DNA from: Octopus vulgaris
Taxonomy: Eukaryota
Direction of reading: 5' to 3'
Assembly (NCBI GenBank): GCA_951406725.2
Contig: OX597816.1
Span: 62,620,001-62,684,000 of the forward strand
Length of the DNA stretch: 64,000 nt
A program made the translations under genes and the position numbers. Of this stretch, positions 1 to 11,727 are shown piece by piece. The stretch's first letter is position 1; every line of letters begins with the position of its first letter. The notes below the pieces were generated by a model. That model worked only from the letters and a program-made list of their open reading frames with translations, was not told the origin of the DNA and ran no database searches.

Positions 1-42
1 TACACATTCCTCACAGCATATATATATATATATATATATATA

Positions 43-260
43 TGACAAAACAATTCAGGATAGAAAATGCTAAAATAATTTTATAAAGAACATTTCAGTA
101 CCGGTTTCAGTCATTGAGACTTTTTCAACTGTAACAATTTAATAATTAAATTTAGAAAAGTCAAAATAAAAGTTTTTTAAAAGAATATGTGTATAGTGTT
201 CAAATATAAGTGGCATTTCCCTTGTTTCTGCCTGTCTCTGTCTTTGTTGTTTACTCTTGT
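43..260 (-). mobile_element. (TA)n-embedded repeat island, Penelope-like terminus candidate, with a decayed hammerhead at 93-134
   Basis: 58-260 is a near-identical direct repeat of about 2740-2943. Minus strand reads ttacag TTGAAAA agtc-tcaat-gact GAAA ccgg TA ctgaaa. Confidence 0.6.
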
Positions 261-262
261 AA

Positions 263-330
<68 letters not shown>

Positions 331-535
331 ATATATATATATATATGCATACACACACAGATACATACATACATACATGCATACATACATACAAAAATAC
401 ATACATGTTTGTATACACATGCACACTGAAGCACACACATTCGTACTAAGAAACAAACTCAGCTCTGATAATAGAGTCAATGACTATTGAAGAAGGTTGT
501 AAGACGCAACGGAAATTTTGGAAAGCATAGATAAG

Positions 536-613
<78 letters not shown>

Positions 614-616
<3 letters not shown>

Positions 617-839
617 CGAGCTGGCAGAAACGTTAGCACGCCGGGCGAAGTGCTTAGCGGTATTTCGTTTGCCGTTTCGTTCTGAGTTCAAATTCCGCCG
701 AGGTCGACTTTGCCTTTCATCCTTTCGGGGTCGATAAATTAAGTACCAGTTACGCACTGGGATCGATGTAATCTACTTAATCCGTTTGTCTGACCTTGTT
801 TGTCCCCTCTGTGTTTAGCCCCTTGTGGGTAGTAAAGAA

Positions 840-841
<2 letters not shown>
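614..841 (+). mobile_element. SINE family B (tRNA-like head plus GCCTTTCATCCTTTCGGGGTCGATAAA central domain, Meta-domain-like)
   Basis: Same roughly 230-bp sequence recurs at least 10 times in the window; B-box-like GAGTTCAAATTCC; flanked by (TA)n. Confidence 0.85.
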
Positions 842-885
<44 letters not shown>

Positions 886-890
<5 letters not shown>

Positions 891-1652
891 TACAGGACAC
901 CACAAATAAACGTAGAACTCAACGAGAAACGAAAACACAAAAACAAACTAGGAAACGGCCTTTTTTTAACAACGAAAAAACAGAGTACAAGACAAACAAT
1001 ACAAGAATATTCCCCTTCATCAAATGTTCCTGGTTCAACTCAATGCGTGTTTCGAAGGCAAGGACAGAACACAATCCGTCGAATCAGTACTTCCTGCAAA
1101 AGAATTAAATAAAATTCCTTTGCAGAGGGGTAAAAACAAGGAAAGAAAAAATGTGTCAAGAACAGGACGTAAAAGCAATACAAATAAAAATAGAAATAGA
1201 AATAAAAATACAAATACAAATACAAAATAAAAATACAAATACAAATAAAAATACAGTACACATAAAGAATAAAAACAGGACAATGAAACCAACATTGAGG
1301 GCTTTTTTTTTAAGCCTAGACGATGGAAAAATTCGGAGCGCAAGAAAATGAGGTGTTGACTTGTAGAAAGCTGCGAGTGAAAGGAAGTTGGTAGTCCACT
1401 CAGCAGTGAGACCCCTCTGCAAAGGAATTTTATTTAATTCTTTTACTGGAAGGACTAGTTCGACGGATCGTGTTCTGTCCTTACCTTCGAAACAGGCATT
1501 GAGTCGAACCAGGGACAGCTGATGAAGAGGAATATTCCTTGTATTGTGTGTTGTGTACGCTGTTTTTTCGTTGTTAAAAAAAGTCCGTTTCCTAGTTTGT
1601 TTTTATGTTTTCGTTTCTCGTTGAGTTCTACGTTTATTTGTGGTGCCCTGTA

Positions 1653-1657
<5 letters not shown>
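886..1657. repeat. Fold-back element: about 245-bp inverted arms (886-1131 and 1411-1657) around a 280-bp spacer, within (TA)n
   Basis: atgagtacaggacaccacaaataaacgtagaac...tgcagagggg is mirrored by cccctctgca...gttctacgtttatttgtggtgccctgtactcat. Confidence 0.9.
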
Positions 1658-1706
<49 letters not shown>

Positions 1707-1827
1707 TGTATATATACATGTAGATGTAGGTACGTACATATATGTATGTATGTATGCATATATTTTATTTATTAAATTATTGTATGACTGAGCGCGCTCG
1801 GGTCGTTTCTTTTCTTTTCTCCAAGTA

Positions 1828-1891
<64 letters not shown>

Positions 1892-1892
1892 T

Positions 1893-2570
1893 AGGAAAAA
1901 AGCAACAAGAATGGATTAAAATCTCGGTACGATCGTTTCGTACGAGGACATCTTTAATAAGCTACAAAAAATGCAGTGAATACAGATGGCTCGTACTCGT
2001 CAGCCGAAAAAATATCAGAGAATTCCCAAACATCAAAAGGGGTAGATACAAAAGAGGATGTAAGATTAGCTGCATTGAAGAAAGTTCGATTCATGGAGAT
2101 CCGATGAAAGGTTTTAAACCTATAGAATTTATGCATGTCTACATATAGCTCATATTGAATATTTGATCAAGTTGTATGAAGAAATTTTCGGATACAGTCA
2201 TACAAAATTTCTGAAAATCCGAGTAAGAGGCAAAGTGACTGCCATATCATGTAGAGGAAGGTCAGAGTAAAGGCATAGTGACTGTCATATCGTGTAGAGG
2301 AACAGATTGTTATTGAAATTTACAAGAATCGCAGATAAGTTCGATTTTTTGGAGATCCGATGAAAAAGTCTTGAACTTACAAAATTTGTGTATGTCCTTA
2401 TAGTTCATAATCCAGTTTTGTGGAGAGATTTAGGGTACAATCATGCGAAAATATCAGGGAATCCGAATGAGAAGCAAAATGACGGTCTTATATTGTAGTG
2501 GTTCAGGTTGTTAATGAAATTTTCAAGAATCACAGAAAGAGGAGGAAGGAGGTAGGAATTTAATCAGTTA
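1893..2570 (-). mobile_element. Hammerhead-bearing repeat island (Penelope-like 3' end candidate); inverted paralogue at 29868-30480
   Basis: About 610 bp match 29868-30480 in reverse complement; internal duplicated unit of about 250 bp; ends about 30 nt after a hammerhead, at a (TA)n tract. Confidence 0.75.
1922..2009 (-). ncRNA. Type I hammerhead ribozyme, intact core, extended stem II
   Basis: tttcgg CTGACGA gtacgag...ctcgtac GAAA cgatcg TA ccgaga: 6-bp stem I, 7-bp perfect stem II, palindromic stem III, GUA cleavage triplet. Confidence 0.88.
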
Positions 2571-2645
2571 CTGCTATTTAAGCTGTCAAAGAGAAAGGAA
2601 AGGGGAAGCTAAGGGGATGGGCACAATTTGATACTAACAATTTGA

Positions 2646-2693
<48 letters not shown>

Positions 2694-2739
2694 ATGAAAA
2701 GGAACCTATGAGCTGATATATATGATGGGAAAGAAGTCA

Positions 2740-2943
2740 AGATAGGAAATGCTAAAATAATTTTATAAAAAACATTTCAGTACCGGTTTCACTCATTGAG
2801 ACTTTTTCAACTGTAGCAATTAAACAATTAAATTTAGAAAAATTAAAAGAAAAGTATTTTTTAAAGAATATTTGTATAGTGTTCAAACACAAGTGGCATT
2901 TACCTTGTTTCTGCCTGTCTCTGTCTCTCTTGTTTACTCTTGT
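2740..2943 (-). mobile_element. Second copy of the 43-260 island, with a decayed hammerhead at 2775-2815
   Basis: Direct repeat of 58-260. Confidence 0.6.
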
Positions 2944-3476
2944 GGGTTCGAGGTCGTTGTGAATTCTTGGTAGGGAAGAAGAAGAAAAAGAAGAAGGAGA
3001 GGGAGGAGAAGGGGAAGAGGAAGAAGAAGACATCAAATACGTAGAAACAGGCTGTGTATCTACTCTTCATTTGAAAGTCCATTTCCTCTTCACCATTTTG
3101 TTGCGACTCTATTCTATACTGTTTCCTTCCTCCATTGTTCTCTAATTCCCTTTTACTTCCCTCCCTCTTTCGCCGTTTTCTACCCGTCTGTGTCTCTTTC
3201 CCCCTCTTTCTCTCGCCCCTCATTGTCCATCTTTCTTTTTCCACGTGACCGTCTTTCTTTTCCTGCACGAACGATTTATTTCTGTCTCTTCAGTCTTTTC
3301 TTCTTTCAAAGAGAATATATGTCCCAGCTTTCACTATTTTCCTCTCGTTCTGGTCTAACGAACCTACATATTGGTTTTTGTTGGGTTCCACGTATGTGCC
3401 AACTGTCCTGTTTTTGTTCCCAACTGTGACCCCCTCACCTAAATCCTAAGTTTTATTTTAGAATTTGTGGGAGCGA

Positions 3477-3533
3477 CTGTCTTTGAAGACTCATATTATC
3501 GTTGAATGCTCGCAATGAGGAGTAGATAGACAG
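3477..3533 (+). ncRNA. Decayed hammerhead relic
   Basis: ctgtct TTGAAGA ctcat...atgag gagtagat agacag: stems I (6 bp) and II (5 bp) intact, GAAA/UH segment degenerate. Confidence 0.4.
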
Positions 3534-4022
3534 CCAACAACTGAGGAATGGTCTCTTCTCTGTGTTTAGTTGTCCTGTTTTTACGTATTTCATGTTTTGC
3601 GTAGTTGGCGACGTCCTACACCCGTATATTTGTTACCGTGTCAGCTATATCATAAGCATTTGTACTATCACAATTTGTTGGTATTTTGATGCGTACGTTC
3701 GCTAGATCCAGTAGGTGGACTATTGAAACTTTCTCACATTTTACTATTCTTTATGAGGTGCATAAGGTACTCTAAGTTAGCAGAGTTAACGTAGGATACC
3801 TTCACGGTGTGCCGATTAAAAATAGCATGATATCGATCAGATTTAGGAAAACATTTGTCCAAAGAGGCAAATGGATTTAACCAGACGACATTCTGATTAC
3901 TATATCTGTTGTTAAGCTTATTTGATCAAGTTTGTTGTTCGAAATTGGAACAATTTACACACACGCACGCGCGTGCATACACACATATATATATATACGC
4001 AAACATATTATATTTATATATA

Positions 4023-4276
4023 AATAAATAAATGCACCCTTTTAAAGCCTAGCCAGGCTCATTGGCTCGGTTTCCCGGTTTCTATGGCGTATGTGTTCCC
4101 CAGCTGGACGGGACGCCAGATCATCGCAGCATTACTCACTTTTGCCTGCTGAGGTGGACTGGAGCAACGTGAAATGAAGTGTTTTGCTCAAGAACACAAC
4201 GACTGGTCCAGGAATCGAAACCACAATCTTACGATCATAATGCTGACACCCTAACTACTAAGCCACGCGCCTCCAC
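4023..4276 (-). mobile_element. SINE family D (tRNA head, CORE-like segment, V-domain-like CTGCGATGGACTGGCGTCCCGTCCAG)
   Basis: A/B-box-like head on the minus strand; 16-bp target-site duplication attatatttatatata at 4007-4022 and 4277-4292; homologous to 11728-12235. Confidence 0.88.
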
Positions 4277-4639
4277 ATTATATTTATATATATATCTTAT
4301 TTACTATAGGCATAAGACCGGAAATGCGGGAAGGTACTTGTCGATTATATATGTATGTATGTAAGTTGGTAGATTGGTCTGCATGTATGTAATGTATGTA
4401 CAAATTTTATTTTTCGGCTTCAAAGAAATTTGTTTTGTTTTCTAAAATAAGATCCATGAATTCAACTTGCGTGCCAACAGACGAAGTTTCCTTTCTTCCT
4501 ATTCCAGTTTTATCGCAAAACACGGTTATCTATGCTAGACAGCAATTTCAACGCCTGTTAATGACTTCTGATTCATATAGATAACTTATACTAATTCAAG
4601 ATAGCAAGTAGACAAAACGTACCATTAAGAAAGTATATA

Positions 4640-4833
4640 ATCTTTTCTACTCTAGGTACAAGGTCCGAAATTTTTGGGGGGAGAGGGACAGTCGATTAGA
4701 TTGATCCCAGTACGCGACTGGTAGTTAATTTATCCACACCGAAATAATAAAAGGCAAAGTCGACTTCGGCGGAATTTGAACTCAGAACGTAAAGACAGAC
4801 GAAACACTGCTAAGCATTTGGCCCGGCGTGCCA
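4640..4833 (-). mobile_element. SINE family B
   Basis: Reverse complement of the family B body and tail. Confidence 0.8.
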
Positions 4834-5296
4834 ATCTGACAAAGATTGAAAGCTAGTAGGTTTTAAATATAAATATATTTTTTAATTTGGCGGGACGAGC
4901 TTTCTCTTTGACCTCAAAAGTATGTGTATATACGTATGTATCCATGTCTGATCACTGTACATCCTATACATCCTATCTCTTGAAACATCCAGGGATTTTC
5001 CAGTAACCTCACCAGGTTAGTGTGGTTAGCAGATTTGCTGGAAACCCGCCAGACTTAAACAGGTCCATCACGCTTTAAACAAGACTAAAACAAGATGGAT
5101 GAATCTATTATAAAGTGAATGATTCTAATCTGCAGATGCGCTTTCAGTTTAATATAAATTACAACTATATTTTCAGCGAAGAATTTTACTGATATATTTA
5201 TTTTACTAGTTTTTATAGATCTCTGACAACATTTGCCACCCTCAATCTGTTCATTTGTTAGCTTTGGACCTCTGACAAAGATTAAAAGCTCGTAGG

Positions 5297-5363
<67 letters not shown>

Positions 5364-6032
5364 TATATTAATTTGGCGGGACGAGCTTTTCTCTTCGGGC
5401 TAGAGCTGCGTTACAACTTCAAAAGACTTAACTTTGGAAGTTTTAACAAGCGCTAATTACATCTAGAAGTGAAATACACTCTTGCACAATTGGCGAAACG
5501 TTCTAATTAATTAAGTGTGATAGACAGTATTGCAATAGAACTGCGAAGGGAAATTTTGAACGAACTCCAAATGAATAAACGTCGTGTTACTGGAGGAAAG
5601 AAAGGAAACAGTTGAAACCTGCATCAGGAAGCAAACATGACTTGCATAAATTTGTAGCCAACTGGCAAGAACTTCAGAAGTGTATGATAGATCAGCCAGC
5701 TAAAGAGACAAATTCAATTTGTATAGTGGCAATAGGAACAATTTTATTAAGGAATCCAATCTCAAGGAAGTTGGACAAGATATGGACAAGATTTGTATGA
5801 TTTCAAAGTTGGCACCATATGACGATACATGTACTGATGTTGAGAATGAACATATGATTAGCACAGCACAGGCAAGATTATGAGAAGAAAATAAACTCGT
5901 GGATTTGCGGTCTGTAAAAGAAAAAAGGACTGACTACAAACTTGGTCAGATCGGAAAAATGGACAGGGCGCCAATAAAGCCTGTTGCAGAGTCAAATATG
6001 CTTAATATTTCATACACACACAAACACAAATT

Positions 6033-6070
<38 letters not shown>

Positions 6071-6073
<3 letters not shown>

Positions 6074-6232
6074 CGCAGGAGTGGCTGTGTGGTAAGTAGC
6101 TTGCTTACCAACCACATGGTTCCGGGTTCAGTCCCACTGCGTGGCATCTTGGGCAAGTGTCTTCTACTATAGCCTTGGGCCAACCAAAGCCTTGTGACGG
6201 AAACTGAAAGAAGCCTGTCGTATATATGTATG

Positions 6233-6271
<39 letters not shown>

Positions 6272-6493
6272 ATGTTTGTGTGTCTGTGTTTCTCCCCTTA
6301 GCATTGCTTGACAACCGATGCTGGTGTGTTTACGTCCCCGTCACTTAGAGGTTCGGCAAAAGAGACCGATAGAATAAGTACTAGGCTTACAAAGAATAAG
6401 TCCTGGGGTCGATTTGGTCGACTAAAGGCGGTGCTCCAGCATGGCCGCAGTCAAATGACTGAAACAAGTAAAAGAGTAAAAGAGTAAAAGAGT
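6071..6493 (+). mobile_element. SINE family A (tRNA head, CCTTGGGCAAG CORE-like motif, internal (TA)n(TG)n, CR1-like tail with (GAGTAAAA)n)
   Basis: Full-length copy; at least 12 homologues in the window; head gtggctgtgtggtaag...gggttcagtccc. Confidence 0.9.
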
Positions 6494-6605
6494 ATATATA
6501 AATTCAGGGTGAATACTTGATAACTGTAAGCACCTGTATAAGCCAGTTAGTGGTGTAGGTGATAGGGTATATTTATCAAAAGAAAAGCAGGATGCAAAGG
6601 ATTTA

Positions 6606-6692
6606 GCGGTACATATGTTTCTGGCTTTATTGGACAGTTTATATCAATGCATAATTGATGTAGCATGTATGTCAATAGCCTTCTTCAGCCGC
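6606..6692 (-). ncRNA. Type I hammerhead ribozyme (left arm of palindrome)
   Basis: gcgg CTGAAGA a ggctattg...caataaagcc a GAAA catatg TA ccgc on the minus strand. Confidence 0.75.
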
Positions 6693-6754
6693 GCACAATT
6701 ACCACACCAAAGACATGTATTACATTATATATGTCTTTGGTGTGGTAATTGTGC

Positions 6755-6841
6755 GCGGCTGAAGAAGGCTATTGACATACATGCTACATAAATTATGCAT
6801 TGATATAAACTGTCCAATAAAGCCAGAAACATATGTACCGC
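6755..6841 (+). ncRNA. Type I hammerhead ribozyme (right arm of palindrome)
   Basis: gcgg(6755-58) CTGAAGA(6759-65), long stem II, GAAA(6826-29) catatg TA ccgc(6838-41). Stem II is closed by an A-A mismatch. Confidence 0.75.
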
Positions 6842-6868
6842 TAAATCCTTTGCATCGCGTTTTTCTTT

Positions 6869-6906
<38 letters not shown>

Positions 6907-6919
6907 TATACACATATAT

Positions 6920-7335
6920 AGGTGCACGCGTGGCTAAGGCGTAAGAGGTTTGCTTCCCAACCGTTTGGTTCTGCGCTCAGTCCCACTGCATGGCATCTTG
7001 GGTAACAGTAATTTACAATAGTGGGCTCGGGCCGACCAAAGCCTTCTTAATGGATTTGGTAGAAGGAAACTGAGAGAAGCACGTCGTGTGTATGTGTGTG
7101 TGTGTGATTCAATGTGGGTGAGAGACAGTGCGTGCATGTCTCTGTGTGTGTCTATTTACCCTCCACGGGTGATAGCTAATTTACGTCCTAATAACCTAGC
7201 GGTTCGGCATAATGGACCGATAGAATAAGTACCAATCTTAAAAACACCCAGTACTGTTGTCGATTCATTCGACTAAAAATTTATCATGGCTTTGCTACTT
7301 TAGCATTACTGTCGTCTGATGACTGACTGAAATAA
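6920..7335 (+). mobile_element. SINE family A, diverged
   Basis: Colinear similarity to 6071-6493. Confidence 0.75.
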
Positions 7336-7372
7336 ATAAATGATAATGTATATATAACTCAAACAAACACGC

Positions 7373-7435
<63 letters not shown>

Positions 7436-7702
7436 ACTGTATGTGTGCCTGTATACATAGTAAAATATAGAAATATATACGTATATACATGCACATACGA
7501 AATATACACATACATTCATACATATATATACATGTATTTAATAGACGTTTGAGATGTGAAATTATTGCGGCGTCTCGAACTACTCTGTCTTAATGTAGTA
7601 TAACGATTTTGTCACAATCAAGTTTTTATTTTAGAAAAGTTTTTTTTTATTCTTCTATTAAGAATTTTTGAATGATCATTATTTTTTCAATAACCGTCTT
7701 CG

Positions 7703-7750
<48 letters not shown>

Positions 7751-8452
7751 GCATACATACATACATACATACATACATACATACATACATACATACACAC
7801 ATAAATATATATACATATACGTAGACAGATAGATAAATAGGTAGATGGATAGATAAACATGCATATGCATATTGCTATACACACACCCACACAAATACAC
7901 GTACATACATATATACGTCCATGTATGTGTGTATGTATGTAGATATGTATACATTTATGTATGAAGGTATTTTGTTTTGCATTTATCTTTTACATCCATA
8001 TTAGGCGTTTATCGAATCTCTACGAGTTTTTAACAATAATACATACATCATAATATAATATGTGTTTTTTCTTTTTCTTGAATATGGTTTAAAGCAGCCG
8101 TAAATTCAAAGTGAGACACTCCTTCCAACTAAATTGTTCTTTACAACTTCGGAATTTGCCTTCACGTCTCTGTGAACATCCTTTCTCCTCTCGTTGAGAC
8201 TTTGTTGGTCTTCTTCATTCTTCCTTCGTTCCACAACAATTTCTTCAACACGCGCTCACCAGTCCCGAAGAGATTGTGATTATTGATTGACTCTGTAGAC
8301 ATTTATACATTTATAGATACACATGCATACACACACATAGCGAGACGCACAGACACAACACAGACACACAAACACTCACACAAACACATACACATATTTA
8401 TTGATATAAAGATCTATCTATCTATAGATATGTTATATATATATATATATAT

Positions 8453-8630
8453 GCGCCATTTTCAAGCCTAGCCAGTCTCATGGGCCCGGTTTCGCGGTTT
8501 CTGTGACGTATGTGTTCCCCCCAGCTGAACGGGACTCCAGTCCATCGCAGCGTTACTCAAGAAACGGGAAGAAAGAGTGAGAAAAAGTTGAGGCGAAAGA
8601 GGACAACAGGGGTCGTCACCGCCACCCCCC
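8453..8630 (-). mobile_element. SINE family C, 5'-truncated
   Basis: Matches 12540-12715. Confidence 0.8.
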
Positions 8631-8856
8631 AGTTGAAACTCTCCTGTCACAACCTGGGATCTTGAAGATTGCTTTAATTCAAGAAAGTATACTAGTCCCT
8701 TAATATTTGATATTCAATATTTCATCTATTCAATAAGGCAATCAATACTTCATTTCATTTTACTATATATATCATTTATACCATATATTCTATATTCTAC
8801 CTTAATATTATAAAGAATATAAATAAAATATAAAAAACAGAGTTGGAATTTCTTTG

Positions 8857-8936
<80 letters not shown>

Positions 8937-8981
8937 GTATGTATTTATGTATGTATGTATGTATGTATGTATGTATGTATG

Positions 8982-9023
<42 letters not shown>

Positions 9024-9498
9024 GTATACATACATGAATATGTGCATATTAGCTGTTGACTCTGTGGTCTGATATTAATCTGGTGTGACGAATGGAAGAA
9101 AAGACACAGGGATGCATGAAAATGGTGTCTGGCAGCTCGGAACTTAATACTGTAAAACGCTTGTCTCTTCATTGATATTCATTTCATCTAAACTGTAAGC
9201 CTTATGACAACTGTAAACCGAATTTGCAGCGCAATATATTTTCCTTTGAGCTATTTAGTCAATTCTCTTATATTGCATAGCTGACGACCTTCAGCAAGTC
9301 ATTAACAACAGAGCAACACGTTTCCGACTATACAAATCTGAGAGTTTGCAAAAACAAAACATGTACGTAAAGTATAATGAAAGTAAACTTTTAATAATGT
9401 AGGGAAAGAGAAAACACGCAGTGAATTCATATGCATAACAGTGTGGTTAAGTATTTCGTTTACGAAATTTGCATATGTTACTTGTGCATATTTAGGAA

Positions 9499-9901
9499 AA
9501 GGCGGCGAGCTGGTAGAAACGTTTGAACGCCGGGTGAAATGCTTAGCGGTATTTCGTCTGCCGTTACGTTCTGAGTTAAAATTCCGCCGAGGTCGACTAT
9601 GCCTTTCATACTTTCGGGGTCGATTAAATAAGTATCAATTACTCACTGGGGTCGATATAATCGACTTAATCCGTCTGTCTGTCCTTGTTTGTCCTCTCTG
9701 TGTTTAGCCCCTTGTGGGTAGTTACGAAATAGAAATAGGTATTTCGTCTGCCGCTATGTTCTGAGTTCAAATTCCACCGAGATCGACTTTGCCTTTCATC
9801 CTTTCGGGGTCGATAAATTAAGTACCAGTTGCGTACTGGGGTCGATCTAATCGTCTAGCCCCTCCCTAAAATTTCGGGCCTTGTGCCTAGAGTAGAAAAG
9901 A
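9499..9901 (+). mobile_element. SINE family B, internally duplicated (dimeric)
   Basis: Body ggtatttcgtctgccg...ggggtcgat is present twice. Confidence 0.85.
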
Positions 9902-10736
9902 TTACAGATCAACTGATAGTTGCAACCGTCAAAGAACCAATAATTAAAGCAGGAAATGGTCATTATTGAATTCAAGGAACAATCATAAGCATGTGTCTAT
10001 TTTTTGGTAATGGATATCTCGGAGAAAATCAAGATAACGGTGCTTTACAGGCGATCACTTATCACACTCTACAACGTAAAACCTGTAAATTAATGACTCA
10101 TTCGATGAAAGCCTGGCGCCAGTCATGTAAATATAAGTAGAAAAACTTGATAGGTCTTAATTCCTTGATTTCAAGCTAATAAAATGTTAGTAAATTAAAC
10201 AGTATTTCCACTACCGTTCGTACTCATTATAAGCTTTGATACAATACTGTCGTATCTTCATAGAAGTATTATGATAGTCTGAACCACCTTCGATTCATCA
10301 ATGGTACGTCGTAAAATTCGGAGAAGGGTAATACTCTAAATACTTACTACATTTAATTGCAATCTTCGGTGTCCTGACTTGAAAAATCGTGCAGATTATA
10401 TTCCGGGTTCCATAAAACACCGATAGGGAGAATCAATATTCTATCCAATACAATATTTATTATTGTCTCGTTGTTTTCTGAGTTCAAATGATACTCAGTT
10501 CAACTTTATCATTCATCCTTCCGACGCCAATAAAATAAATCGTTAGCCAAAACTCGAGGAGGGAATTCCATTGCCTATACACTCTCCAACTATTTCCATG
10601 TTTGTGTCAATGAGATAAATCAAAACTATACTTACATTATTCTATCCTCAAGTAACTACACGGCAATTATTCGTTTCATATACACAAACACGCACACATG
10701 CGCACACACACACGCATACAGAAACACACGCACATA

Positions 10737-10767
<31 letters not shown>

Positions 10768-11727
10768 GCAAACACACACTAAGTGTGAGTGAATGAGTAT
10801 TTGTTTATGTATATATGAATGTATGTATATATGTATGTATGTGTATATCTGCGTATCTATCTATACATCTATATAGCTCAATCTATCTACATATCTGTCT
10901 GCCTATGCGTCTGTCTGTGTACACACGCATACACACCACACACACACACACACACACATACACACACACACATACGCACACACAATACAAATAAGTTCTG
11001 AGTTTCGCTTAGGCAGAGGTAATATCGATAACCAGTTTTTAGAACACAGTATACTTATGCTGTTAATTAAACAATCGGGTGACTACAAATAATAATATTA
11101 ATTAATGAATGACAACAAAAGAACATGATTTATACTATTATTTTCATTAGCATACAGACGTTTCTGGTATAAGGGTATCGCAATCAGATCAGAGCGGTCG
11201 TGGCACATAGTATAGCTGCGTCAGAGCCATTTAAACGCAGTGTATGTTTGTTGTGGAAAGCCTTAAATACATAGAATTGGTTTCTTGTAGAACCATGTAG
11301 AATATAATCCACTTTGGGGGATTTGAGCATGAAAACCGTGGCCAGAGAATTAATACGTGTCCTTATATCTGTATACATTTAAGAAATGCATGCAGGTAAA
11401 AATATATGAATTTGAGAATATTTAGATACATACACATATATGTATAGACACATATATACACAGGGGTACACATGTACCCACATATTATTCACACATACAC
11501 ACAAATATACACACGCATAAACACGCGTATGTATACACATGTACAAACAAATATACATACAAACATTCGTCAATACCGATTTCTAAACACACACTGTTAC
11601 AGTAGTTAGACACTTGGATATACACACAAGTAGATCAAACCTGACATATATGAAATTTCAGAAACAGATTAAACAGTGGGCATATATGTAAAAGATAATC
11701 ACAGATGTATAGATTTATTAATCCATA

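Larger units (their letters stand above)
6574..6873. repeat. Near-perfect palindrome of about 300 bp (arms about 145 bp, 6-nt spacer)
   Basis: 6574-6720 is the reverse complement of 6727-6873 with only a few mismatches. Confidence 0.95.

Noticed and set aside
139-757. YIYIYI/THTHTH/CVCVCV ORFs here and throughout the window
   Set aside because: They are translations of (TA)n, (CA)n and (TATG)n microsatellites.
1480-1535. GAAA...CTGATGA order suggesting a type II hammerhead
   Set aside because: The stems do not close correctly.
5440-5980. Purine-rich, coding-like segment
   Set aside because: Multiple stops and no assignable motif.
8162-8292. Possible minus-strand terminal exon (SINNHNLFGTGERVLKKLLWNEGRMKK...)
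   Set aside because: Weak acceptor, no recognisable domain and no partner exons; would need RNA-seq support.
11184-11378. 64-aa non-repetitive ORF
   Set aside because: No recognisable homology; length is compatible with chance.
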